This document shows positions 18,234 through 25,111 of a DNA stretch of 25,111 bases, piece after piece. The notes under the pieces are model-generated. The model saw nothing but the letters and a program-made list of their open reading frames with translations, was not told where the DNA came from and ran no database searches. The position numbers and the translations under genes are program-made. How positions within the stretch are numbered: the first letter of the stretch is position 1; each line of letters opens with the position of its first letter. The stretch comes from a virus (taxonomy: Duplodnaviria > Caudoviricetes): IMG/VR virus record IMGVR_UViG_3300047561_000030, positions 1 through 25,111 of that record; one strand, written 5' to 3'.

Positions 18234-19579
18234 CAAATTCTTCCTCTTGAAGTGGATTGTGGGTTTTGTTTCCACATATCATTCAAACTTACATCAGTTT
18301 TACCTACAAACAGCCCTTTAATTGCATCATCTTTATGGGGCAACTTTGCTTCTTCTTTCCAAGCAATGCTTAACATCCTAAATGCGTCTGCGCCATGGCT
18401 TGTCCAATCATGCCTAGGCTTATCCCTAAATACTTTCTTATCTTCATCGTATTCACGCTGATATTGCCTTAAACATTCAATGCCATCTTCACACTTATAG
18501 TCAAACCAAGCCCTGGTCAATGCCAATCTGCTTGCTTGAATTCCATCTTGTAGTGACAAACTTGGCACAATTTTCATTGATTTTAACGCAATTTTGTCAG
18601 AAAGTTGCTCAATTATTGATTTATTTGATGCAAGTGTCTTTGCTTTAGCATCGTGAGGTAAATAATGTGTACCGTACACATAGCCTCTTTCTTTTTCTCT
18701 TGACTGAATAATGCCCGAATAAAACGCTACCGGTTGACCATTTGATGAATGATAGTCGAGCATACGAATCTCGCCATGCACTACCTGAAACCACCATATA
18801 GCCGTGTCATCGCTATAGCCTAAGTCCCATGCTGTATGCACAGGAAACATAGGGTCATATTCAATGTCTGTAATTCTACCTTGGTCTGTGAGCTGGCGCA
18901 TTTCCTTGCCGTAAAACGCCCCAAGGATTGCAGACTCAAAATCACATTCAAATTCTTGAAGATATTGGTCTTGAGTCATAGACTTAGCAGCATCAGCTAA
19001 TTCAGCTTCAGGCAGTAGCCCTGTTTGACTTGCTCTAAGTGTTTTGGCGTACCAAGTGTCTGATTTTATTGCGTTATTGTATATATCCCAAAAAGCATTG
19101 TGCCCTTTAGGCGTACCAATAAATACTGCCCAGCCTAGTCTGTCTGCGAGGAGTGGTCTAATAATCTCACCCCAAATACGAGGACGCATATCAGCATATT
19201 CGTCAAGAACGATGCCATCAAGGTAAAGACCACGAAGGGAATCAGCATTGTCAGCACCAAACAATCGAATCCTCGCACCATTAATGAGTTCGACCCACAA
19301 CTCACTTTGATTAGCCTTTGCCATAACAGGCTTAGAGAACCTAAGGAGATAATCCCAAGCAATGTTTTTAGCTTGGCTGTAATAAGGGGCAACATAGGCA
19401 TATCTTCCATCCTCTTTATTTTCAATTAATGCTTTGTACAGGAGCTCATTAATACAACTTACAGTTTTACCACACCGGCGATGAGCCACTATAACAGCCC
19501 AGCGTTCACTTCTTTCATGAAAGTCTAAGAACACATCCCTAGGCTTGTAGTCTAGCTCTATATCTATTACTTCTTCCAA
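18233..19579 (-). CDS. terL: Terminase large subunit
   Basis: Walker A AHRRCGKT, Walker B GIVLDEY, motif III FIGTPKG, nuclease WDLG-x2-D and DWTSHGADAFR; TTG start overlapping the end of terS. Confidence 0.95.
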   Translation of the reverse strand: MEEVIDIELDYKPRDVFLDFHERSERWAVIVAHRRCGKTVSCINELLYKALIENKEDGRYAYVAPYYSQAKNIAWDYLLRFSKPVMAKANQSELWVELINGARIRLFGADNADSLRGLYLDGIVLDEYADMRPRIWGEIIRPLLADRLGWAVFIGTPKGHNAFWDIYNNAIKSDTWYAKTLRASQTGLLPEAELADAAKSMTQDQYLQEFECDFESAILGAFYGKEMRQLTDQGRITDIEYDPMFPVHTAWDLGYSDDTAIWWFQVVHGEIRMLDYHSSNGQPVAFYSGIIQSREKERGYVYGTHYLPHDAKAKTLASNKSIIEQLSDKIALKSMKIVPSLSLQDGIQASRLALTRAWFDYKCEDGIECLRQYQREYDEDKKVFRDKPRHDWTSHGADAFRMLSIAWKEEAKLPHKDDAIKGLFVGKTDVSLNDMWKQNPQSTSRGRI

Positions 19580-19854
19580 GATACAACCATTCTGACTGGC
19601 GCTTTCTCGTCACCAACTACTTCAGTACGAGCTAATTTAGGCACATGGTATTCGCTTACTGCAAGCAAGCAATCAAATGCAACTTTAGGGCCATGTTTAG
19701 GGTCAGTAGCAATAGCATCAAGCCATTCTTGCATACGCTCTGAGTTAGCGTCAACGAAAGCTGCAAACGCTTCTCTAGCTTTAGCAGTCGCTTTATTAGG
19801 GCTTCCTGCTGGTCTGCCAGCGCCCTTAATATTCTTTAATTGTTTATTATCCAT
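19567..19854 (-). CDS. terS: Terminase small subunit (probable)
   Basis: Immediately upstream of terL; GRPAGSPNK motif; C-terminal PKLARTEVVG...MVVSW. Confidence 0.75.
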   Translation of the reverse strand: MDNKQLKNIKGAGRPAGSPNKATAKAREAFAAFVDANSERMQEWLDAIATDPKHGPKVAFDCLLAVSEYHVPKLARTEVVGDEKAPVRMVVSWKK

Positions 19855-19861
19855 ACATTCT

Positions 19862-19874
19862 CAAGTAGTTGATT
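19862..19874 (-). promoter_or_regulatory. IHF consensus site upstream of terS
   Basis: Minus strand AATCAACTACTTG matches WATCAANNNNTTR exactly, 7 nt before the terS ATG; a TAGAAT -10-like hexamer lies at 19887-19892. Confidence 0.55.
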
Positions 19875-19899
19875 TGTAAGGGATTAATTCTACAACAAA

Positions 19900-20121
19900 T
19901 TATCCTACAATATCTGGGTCGTGGTTCTTGTTCATTGCATCCATTAATGCTTGCTTACGCTTCATTCTTTGATTAGCTTTTCTATTCAGAATGTTGCTAT
20001 CGTCTAGCTCTAATGGGGGATTATGGTCTTGACGCTGTTTCTGTTGCTTTTCTAGCGTTGATTGATGCTCTGGGCGCAACATAGCATCTTCTTTTTTGTA
20101 TTTGCGGCTCATGTGTATCAT
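19900..20121 (-). CDS. Small charged hypothetical protein (~73 aa)
   Basis: ORF overlapping the upstream stop (TGATG); fills the gap before terS; start could be 20124, 20121 or 20112. Confidence 0.6.
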   Translation of the reverse strand: MIHMSRKYKKEDAMLRPEHQSTLEKQQKQRQDHNPPLELDDSNILNRKANQRMKRKQALMDAMNKNHDPDIVG

Positions 20122-20291
20122 CACATATCCTTCATTTTGTCAGTAATTACTTCTTTTCTTGTCTTAGCAGCGTCTTTAAAGTCTGCTGCGCTTGGTGCGC
20201 CTTTGCTACCAGCTTTACGCATCTTTTCGCCAGAACCAGCTTTAATTCTAGCTTGTTTGGCGTGAATATTGGCATATAGTCCGTTTTTCAT
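20121..20291 (-). CDS. Small basic phage protein (56 aa)
   Basis: MKNGLYANIHAKQARIKAGSGEKMRKAGSKGAPSAADFKDAAKT, a sequence type I recognise from aquatic phages; start moved to ATG 20291 (TAATG overlap). Confidence 0.8.
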   Translation of the reverse strand: MKNGLYANIHAKQARIKAGSGEKMRKAGSKGAPSAADFKDAAKTRKEVITDKMKDM

Positions 20292-20557
20292 TAACATTTC
20301 CACCTTGCTCTTGCTGCTTTACCTCTTTCCCCATTCCAGCTTGATGACCTGGCACAGAAACTATCATGCCTTGGCCCACTAGATTGAGGTGCTTGTAAGT
20401 TACTGCCATTCTTTGCATTGTATGCTGCACGACCTTTAGCTGTCATTCCTGCGCCTTGGTCAGTTGGTAAGTAATTTTTACCTTTACCGACTGTAGTCTT
20501 GGGAATAGGCTTATCGTGCTTTTCTACTGCGGCACGAATTTGGTCTTTACGACTCAT
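20291..20557 (-). CDS. Small basic phage protein (DUF6321-like, from memory), 88 aa
   Basis: GMTAKGRAAYN-x3-GSNLQAP...SFCAR...ARARWKC motif; ATGA overlap with the upstream gene. Confidence 0.75.
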   Translation of the reverse strand: MSRKDQIRAAVEKHDKPIPKTTVGKGKNYLPTDQGAGMTAKGRAAYNAKNGSNLQAPQSSGPRHDSFCARSSSWNGERGKAARARWKC

Positions 20558-20736
20558 TTTGTTTCTAAATATTTAGCATAAGATTCTTCTAACTTAGCTT
20601 TACGCTTACCTTTAGAATGAGTGCGTTCTTCGCTGAGTGCAATCGCCAATGCTTGTTTTTTTGGCTTTCCTGCAGCTACCTCAGTTTTGTAGTTTTTGCC
20701 TACGCTTTGGGCTGACCCTGATTTATCCATTGGCAT
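20554..20736 (-). CDS. Small basic phage protein (60 aa)
   Basis: MP...KNYKTEVAAGKPKKQALAIALS motif common near phage packaging genes; TAAGGA RBS. Confidence 0.75.
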   Translation of the reverse strand: MPMDKSGSAQSVGKNYKTEVAAGKPKKQALAIALSEERTHSKGKRKAKLEESYAKYLETK

Positions 20737-20745
20737 AACTATTCC

Positions 20746-21111
20746 TTACTTGAGGTATTTAAGTTTGTAGCAAGTAGAATCAATTAACTGTTGTATTTCG
20801 GCAACAATATTAACTAATTCTTGTTTTTGTGGCAAATCTGAATTGGCTTCATCTACAAATTTTTTCAATGATTCCATGTAATTAAGCGCATCTTTAGGCT
20901 GGTGATAAACGCTAGGAAACACTTTAATCTGCTCATAACATCCCATATAAGCCTCTACATAGCTATCAACCAAATCAATTATGGATTCGTAATATTTGCC
21001 AAGAGCTTTGTGTTGTGAATAAGAATTTGTTGACCAATGAAAAAAATGGGTATTTGTTGCGCTATGCAATAAAGTAGCGGCAAACATAGCAACATTAGGG
21101 GTTTCAGTCAT
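20746..21111 (-). CDS. Mini Dps/ferritin-like four-helix protein (DUF5856-like, from memory), 121 aa
   Basis: THFFHW-x7-HKALGKYYESIIDLVDSYVE parallels the Dps H-x2-HW...H...D-x3-E ferroxidase pattern; GGAG RBS. Confidence 0.7.
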   Translation of the reverse strand: MTETPNVAMFAATLLHSATNTHFFHWSTNSYSQHKALGKYYESIIDLVDSYVEAYMGCYEQIKVFPSVYHQPKDALNYMESLKKFVDEANSDLPQKQELVNIVAEIQQLIDSTCYKLKYLK

Positions 21112-21114
21112 AAA

Positions 21115-21399
21115 TCACTCCATTTTTAATGATTTTAGCACCTCAATGGCATCTTCGCTAGAGTTTACTCTAAACAAATAGCTACCTTTCCATGCAGCAA
21201 ACAGTTTAATTTGTTGCGGGGTTAGCTTTTTATCTGCACCATCTTTTACTTCAATTAAAATAGTGTGTCCTTCATACGCTACAAGTAAATCGGGTATACC
21301 CCCGCCTACCATGTGCAACAAATAAACATCAGCACCATAATCTCGTAGCACCTTTACAACATCATTCTGGTTTTTATCTACTTTTTTCGCAAATGTCAT
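21115..21399 (-). CDS. VRR-NUC/Holliday-junction-resolvase-like PD-(D/E)xK nuclease (94 aa)
   Basis: GIPDLLV...LIEVK...KLTPQQ motif. Confidence 0.8.
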   Translation of the reverse strand: MTFAKKVDKNQNDVVKVLRDYGADVYLLHMVGGGIPDLLVAYEGHTILIEVKDGADKKLTPQQIKLFAAWKGSYLFRVNSSEDAIEVLKSLKME

Positions 21400-21415
21400 A
21401 TTTTTCAGTTAGTAT

Positions 21416-21432
21416 TCAATAACTTATTGATT
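21416..21432. promoter_or_regulatory. Palindromic operator-like site overlapping an IHF consensus
   Basis: Perfect inverted repeat TCAATAA-C-TTATTGA (21416-21430); minus strand 21432-21420 AATCAATAAGTTA matches WATCAANNNNTTR. Confidence 0.6.
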
Positions 21433-21457
21433 ATAGGGGAAATTTAATGTCTGGCTA
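21430..21457 (-). promoter_or_regulatory. Putative sigma70-type promoter directed into the packaging/structural genes
   Basis: Minus strand TAGCCA (21457-21452), 16-nt spacer, perfect TATAAT (21435-21430), ~30 nt before the ATG at 21399. Confidence 0.5.
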
Positions 21458-22406
21458 CCACTTAACAGATGAAGAATGGATAGAGTCTTGGAATAAGATT
21501 GGCAGCCCAGCAAAATTTGGCAAAGTGCATGGCATAGCAGTTAGAAATGTAATGGCAAGGCGTAGGTCAATAGAAAGTCGCTTAAAAGTTGAATTGCCTA
21601 CTTTTGCAAGTCAAAATCCAGCTTACGCTAAAAAAATTCAGCAAACACCAGGTCATGTACGCAGAGGTATGGACATAAAAAATGGCCGTGTTATGGTATT
21701 TAGTGACGCACACTTTTGGCCAGATGAAACTACTACAGCATTTAAAGCGCTGTTAGAGATGATTAAAGAATATAAGCCTACTGCTATTGTCTGTAATGGC
21801 GATGCGCTTGATGGCGCTAATTTAAGCCGTTTTCCAAGACAGGATTGGAATAAAGTGCCTACTGTCAAAGAAGAATTAGATGCTTGTCAATATTATTTAG
21901 GTGAAATTGAATCAGTAGCTAAAGGCGCTAAATTGTTTTGGCCTATGGGCAACCATGACCAAAGATTGGAAATGTCAATTATTGCCAATTTGCCTACTTT
22001 TGAAGGTGTATTTGGCACATCTTTGCGTGACTATTTTCCTATGTGGCAGCCTTGCTGGTCGTTTTGGGTAAATGAAGATACTTGCATTAAACATCGCTGG
22101 AAAGGTGGATGGACTGGTGGTCGTAACAACGCTGTTAACTCAGGCGTGAATATGATTACTGGCCACACTCATGTACTTAGCACTATTCCATTCAATGATT
22201 ACAATGGGACTCGGTGGGGCGTGCAAACAGGCACACTTGCTGACCCTAATGGGCAACAGTTTTCTTACACAGAGGACACGCCTAAAGACTGGAATAGTGG
22301 TTTTGTAATGCTTTCATTTGAGCGCAACAAACTATTGCAGCCTGAAATGATAAGGGTTTGGGGCGAGGATGAGGTTGAATTTCGTGGTAAAATTCATGCA
22401 GTATGA
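21447..22406 (+). CDS. Calcineurin-like metallophosphoesterase with N-terminal HTH-like extension (319 aa)
   Basis: All five motifs present: SDAH, NGD-x2-D, GNHD, KH, GHTH; GGGGA RBS; ~55-aa helical basic N-terminus. Confidence 0.9.
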   Translation: MSGYHLTDEEWIESWNKIGSPAKFGKVHGIAVRNVMARRRSIESRLKVELPTFASQNPAYAKKIQQTPGHVRRGMDIKNGRVMVFSDAHFWPDETTTAFKALLEMIKEYKPTAIVCNGDALDGANLSRFPRQDWNKVPTVKEELDACQYYLGEIESVAKGAKLFWPMGNHDQRLEMSIIANLPTFEGVFGTSLRDYFPMWQPCWSFWVNEDTCIKHRWKGGWTGGRNNAVNSGVNMITGHTHVLSTIPFNDYNGTRWGVQTGTLADPNGQQFSYTEDTPKDWNSGFVMLSFERNKLLQPEMIRVWGEDEVEFRGKIHAV

Positions 22407-22750
22407 AGCTGACTGAGCCCATTCTTCGCAATCTGTATTCTGCAATTTATTGCATGAAACCATTTGACAGATGGAATATGCCATTGCCAGAGCAAATTTG
22501 TTTTATTGTTGATAGCGACCCACACGCAATGGGCACCTATTTATACGATGATGGCGAAAAATACGAACATACAATTACTATTTCTGCTGCTCGTTGTGGT
22601 CATCTTGATACCGTGATTCGTGTTTTGTGCCATGAATGTATCCACATGAGCCGTCACAAATCGAGCAAATGGACTCATCACGATAAGGAGTTTCGTAATA
22701 GAGCGCACCGTATCTCGTCTGAATTGGGTTTTGACCCTCTAGAGCTTTAA
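22403..22750 (+). CDS. SprT-like HExxH zinc metallopeptidase (115 aa)
   Basis: VLCHECIHM followed by HHDKEF, the third-ligand pattern of SprT/WLM-like domains; ATGA overlap with the phosphoesterase. Confidence 0.8.
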   Translation: MKLTEPILRNLYSAIYCMKPFDRWNMPLPEQICFIVDSDPHAMGTYLYDDGEKYEHTITISAARCGHLDTVIRVLCHECIHMSRHKSSKWTHHDKEFRNRAHRISSELGFDPLEL

Positions 22751-22774
22751 CTCTGTCTTCCGTAGTAAATGTAG

Positions 22775-23065
22775 TCATTTGCTAATTTCCTTTCCAAGTT
22801 TTTCGCTGACTCGCTCCAATAACCTCTCACAGGATACTTCATATTTTCTTTCAAAACCTTTGACACCCAACCCGTGAAGTCCATTGTTTCCCCTATGATG
22901 CTCTGGGCATAAAGGCAAGTTTGGGGATGTAGCCCGTTTAGTTCCATACCTGCGCACATGATGGAGTTCTGCCGGGCTGCCTTCAAACCCAAGGATTTCG
23001 GAGCATAAAATACATCCGAGTTCTGCAATCTGATTAAGGCGCTTCTTTTCATTTTTTGTGGCCAT
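22775..23065 (-). CDS. Ref/DUF968-like HNH-type zinc nuclease (96 aa)
   Basis: LGCILC...AELHHVR...LPLCPEHHRG motif. Confidence 0.75.
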   Translation of the reverse strand: MATKNEKKRLNQIAELGCILCSEILGFEGSPAELHHVRRYGTKRATSPNLPLCPEHHRGNNGLHGLGVKGFERKYEVSCERLLERVSEKLGKEISK

Positions 23066-23414
23066 CAGCTAGTGCGTACCAATCTCTATAAAATTGTTTA
23101 AAAGAATCAAATCCTATGCCAGCTTTGACAGGCTTACCTTCAGGCGTAAGCAGCCAATAAGAGTCTATTACAGTTTCATTATCTGTATTGCCATAGATAA
23201 TAACCACCATAAAGCTAGGCTTAGAAGCAAGAGCTTGCAGCATAATTCTTTGTCCATTGCTAACTTTTTCCTTTGGGCGTTTCCATTCAAGAATTAAAAA
23301 TTGACCATTGCGTTCAAGCATGCCATCTACATTGCTAGGCACCAAAGCAGGATTTTTAGGAATTAAACCTTTAAAATCTGCATAGTCTGTATGCGTAGCA
23401 AACATATTACGCAT
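23049..23414 (-). CDS. Putative PD-(D/E)xK-type nuclease
   Basis: PSNVDG-x9-LILEWK...SNGQ motif. Start moved from 23429 to ATG 23414 (TAATG overlap with the upstream 59-aa ORF). Confidence 0.6.
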   Translation of the reverse strand: MRNMFATHTDYADFKGLIPKNPALVPSNVDGMLERNGQFLILEWKRPKEKVSNGQRIMLQALASKPSFMVVIIYGNTDNETVIDSYWLLTPEGKPVKAGIGFDSFKQFYRDWYALADGHKK

Positions 23415-23593
23415 TAACTTTTCAGCCATTGGTCTTTCAATTCTCTAATAGTTGCAATTTCAAGTCTAATAGTTTCATCAGCCAAATCATGCGCTAATTT
23501 AGTGGCTGCTTCGTAATTGCATTTAAGCGTAGCGTTGTGGTAACTTCTCAGAAGTCTTTGAATTTTAAGATAATTTTCTGAATAATCTGTCAT
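23414..23593 (-). CDS. Hypothetical helical protein (59 aa)
   Basis: Not in the track. MTDYSENYLKIQRLLRSYHNATLKCNYEAATKLAHDLADETIRLEIATIRELKDQWLKS; ATGA overlap upstream and TAATG downstream. Confidence 0.75.
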   Translation of the reverse strand: MTDYSENYLKIQRLLRSYHNATLKCNYEAATKLAHDLADETIRLEIATIRELKDQWLKS

Positions 23594-23919
23594 TTTGTTA
23601 ATCTTTCAATGTTTCTGTTATTTGCTTGTTCTGTGCGCCATGCTTCAAAACGCATCTTTGCAGCTTCTAATTGCCAACGCAATGCCTCTGTTTCTTCTGT
23701 CGCCAATCCAATGGCCTCACATAGCTCCTGATAAGCCTGCGATTTATACGCATCCATCTCTTTTGCGTTAATTGCTGTCGCTTCTGACTTAGACATCTCA
23801 ATAGCTTTAAGACTGTGTTTAAATGCCTCGAATTGAGCGAGGTTACCTTTCGCCTTTGCATACGCTGGCGCTGTTTTAAATATGAAGTCGATAGCGTCAT
23901 TAGGGTCGTAATCTTTCAT
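23590..23919 (-). CDS. Hypothetical coiled-coil protein (109 aa)
   Basis: GGAG RBS; YAKAK...AKEMDAY...FEAWRTEQANNR; all-helical; loosely reminiscent of UvsY-like proteins, not established. Confidence 0.7.
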   Translation of the reverse strand: MKDYDPNDAIDFIFKTAPAYAKAKGNLAQFEAFKHSLKAIEMSKSEATAINAKEMDAYKSQAYQELCEAIGLATEETEALRWQLEAAKMRFEAWRTEQANNRNIERLTK

Positions 23920-24035
23920 TTATTTCTCCAATACCTATCTTTGGGGTTATTAAGCATTGATTTAATAACCTCATCTATATTAAAGAACCATTGAATAACT
24001 TTCGTGCCATCATGCTGCATGATTGTGAAACTCAT
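23916..24035 (-). CDS. Hypothetical protein (39 aa)
   Basis: Not in the track. MSFTIMQHDGTKVIQWFFNIDEVIKSMLNNPKDRYWRNK; ATGA overlaps at both ends. Confidence 0.65.
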   Translation of the reverse strand: MSFTIMQHDGTKVIQWFFNIDEVIKSMLNNPKDRYWRNK

Positions 24036-24181
24036 TTTAAATTCATCCAAAGGCCAATTTGCGCTGCTGCGTAACCTAGCCAAATAAATGCGTTAGATGG
24101 TGAACCTTTAAAATATTGGGCTAAACCTACTACTAAATATCCAAGTCCTGTTGCTGCAACGATGTATCTTTCAATATCCAT
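24032..24181 (-). CDS. Small two-helix membrane protein (49 aa)
   Basis: Not in the track. MDIERYIVAATGLGYLVVGLAQYFKGSPSNAFIWLGYAAAQIGLWMNLK; GGGGAG RBS; two hydrophobic segments. Confidence 0.75.
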   Translation of the reverse strand: MDIERYIVAATGLGYLVVGLAQYFKGSPSNAFIWLGYAAAQIGLWMNLK

Positions 24182-24342
24182 GTTTCTCCCCTGTTTCCTA
24201 ATTCCCATTGCTCAACAAAATCTGCAATAGTTTGTTTGTCAAATTTGTGTTTAATCAAATATTCTCTAAATTTTTCTTTGCCCCATTCCTTTCTGTATTT
24301 AAGTAACTGCCTGATTTTGCATTGGTTCTTGTGTTGCTCCAT
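24133..24342 (-). CDS. Hypothetical protein (69 aa)
   Basis: HKNQCKIRQLLKYR...QWELGNRG; bridges the gap between neighbours but overlaps both by 44-49 nt. Confidence 0.55.
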   Translation of the reverse strand: MEQHKNQCKIRQLLKYRKEWGKEKFREYLIKHKFDKQTIADFVEQWELGNRGETWILKDTSLQQQDLDI

Positions 24343-25111
24343 ATTTTTTAAACTTTTCTGAAATAATTTTAGGCACAGTTGTATGCCAATTGATGCTATG
24401 GTGCAATCGTTTATTGCTTTGCCCCATTTGTCTTATTTTAACGCTAGACGGGTTGTACATTACGCTATAAAAAGATTTGACATAAGTGCCTGAGTTTAAA
24501 TACAACTCTGTCATACCGCCAGAATTACTCTGCGTTTGTTTTTGTTCAAGCCTTAACTGTGCAATCGTCATTAAAATATGGCCTTTGTTGCCTAGATTGC
24601 AATATGTATTTACATCTTCATTAATTCTGCCCATAAACCTGAATGGTCTTTCAGTAGAACATATAAAGCTGTTCATACATTTTCTGCTAATTTGACCATC
24701 TAAAAATGTTTTGCTAAGACCGCTGCCTGCGCCACCAATAAAATCGCCACCTTGAGCCATTGACAGCGTAGTAACAGAAGTAGATTTATAAAATTTCAAC
24801 AAAATAGCAAAAATTTTGTCTAAATTATTAACATATTTGTTAGTAACATATTTGCGTTCATGCGTAAATGACCATCTAAAGTCGGTGTAGTCATCATCAA
24901 GCTGAATAAAATACTTGCAGTTAACTTGCTTTGCCAACTCAAAACAAGCATTTCTAGCGTAAATAATTGCCCGTCTATCACCAAAATTATCGCCCTCATC
25001 AAAACTTTTAACAATTTCAGCTTTGCTAAACACCAAGACTTGCTCAGGAAACCGTTTTAAATACTCTGGCAGCGTTTTATCTTCATCGTCTACAACTAAG
25101 TATGTTTTGCC
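24299..25111 (-). CDS. TAGT/GREB1-like GT-A glycosyltransferase, 5' end outside the window
   Basis: Frame open to the right edge (GKTYLVVDDEDKTLPEY... upstream of the track start); motifs YARN, QLDDDY, GRINEDV, QSNSGGM, RLHHSINW. Confidence 0.7.
   Translation of the reverse strand, partial: GKTYLVVDDEDKTLPEYLKRFPEQVLVFSKAEIVKSFDEGDNFGDRRAIIYARNACFELAKQVNCKYFIQLDDDYTDFRWSFTHERKYVTNKYVNNLDKIFAILLKFYKSTSVTTLSMAQGGDFIGGAGSGLSKTFLDGQISRKCMNSFICSTERPFRFMGRINEDVNTYCNLGNKGHILMTIAQLRLEQKQTQSNSGGMTELYLNSGTYVKSFYSVMYNPSSVKIRQMGQSNKRLHHSINWHTTVPKIISEKFKKYGATQEPMQNQAVT

Noticed and set aside
22747-23052. 101-aa minus-strand ORF overlapping the Ref-like gene in another frame
   Set aside because: The other frame carries the CxxC/HH/CxxHH motifs; this one has none.
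1-25111. Stop-codon reassignment, tRNA genes, introns/inteins, integrase
   Set aside because: Genes tile the window under the standard code, terL and portal are uninterrupted, and no gap shows a recognisable RNA gene.

Overview
A 25.1-kb, densely coding segment of a tailed dsDNA phage with P22/BPP-1-type podovirus architecture. Almost all genes are on the minus strand. Read right to left: a TAGT/GREB1-like glycosyltransferase (cut by the right edge), several small ORFs and nucleases (PD-(D/E)xK, Ref-like), a VRR-NUC-like nuclease, a mini Dps/ferritin-like protein, four small mostly basic proteins, terS, terL, portal, a Thr/Ser/Gly-rich fibre with two accessory genes, a GT-B glycosyltransferase, scaffold, major capsid, decoration protein, adaptor, gp10-like tail hub, GNAT-fold protein, three ejection proteins, a tail fibre and a Gly-rich adhesin (cut by the left edge). 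The only plus-strand unit is a coupled two-gene operon (putative HTH-metallophosphoesterase + SprT-like HExxH protein). It sits behind a 47-bp spacer containing a palindrome, an IHF consensus and two opposed -10 boxes. Other oddities are a head-module glycosyltransferase whose conserved N-terminus lacks a canonical start codon, a second IHF consensus directly before terS, and domain insertions in the neck/tail proteins. No tRNA, rRNA, CRISPR array or integrase was seen. All family calls come from motif recognition and gene order, not from database searches.
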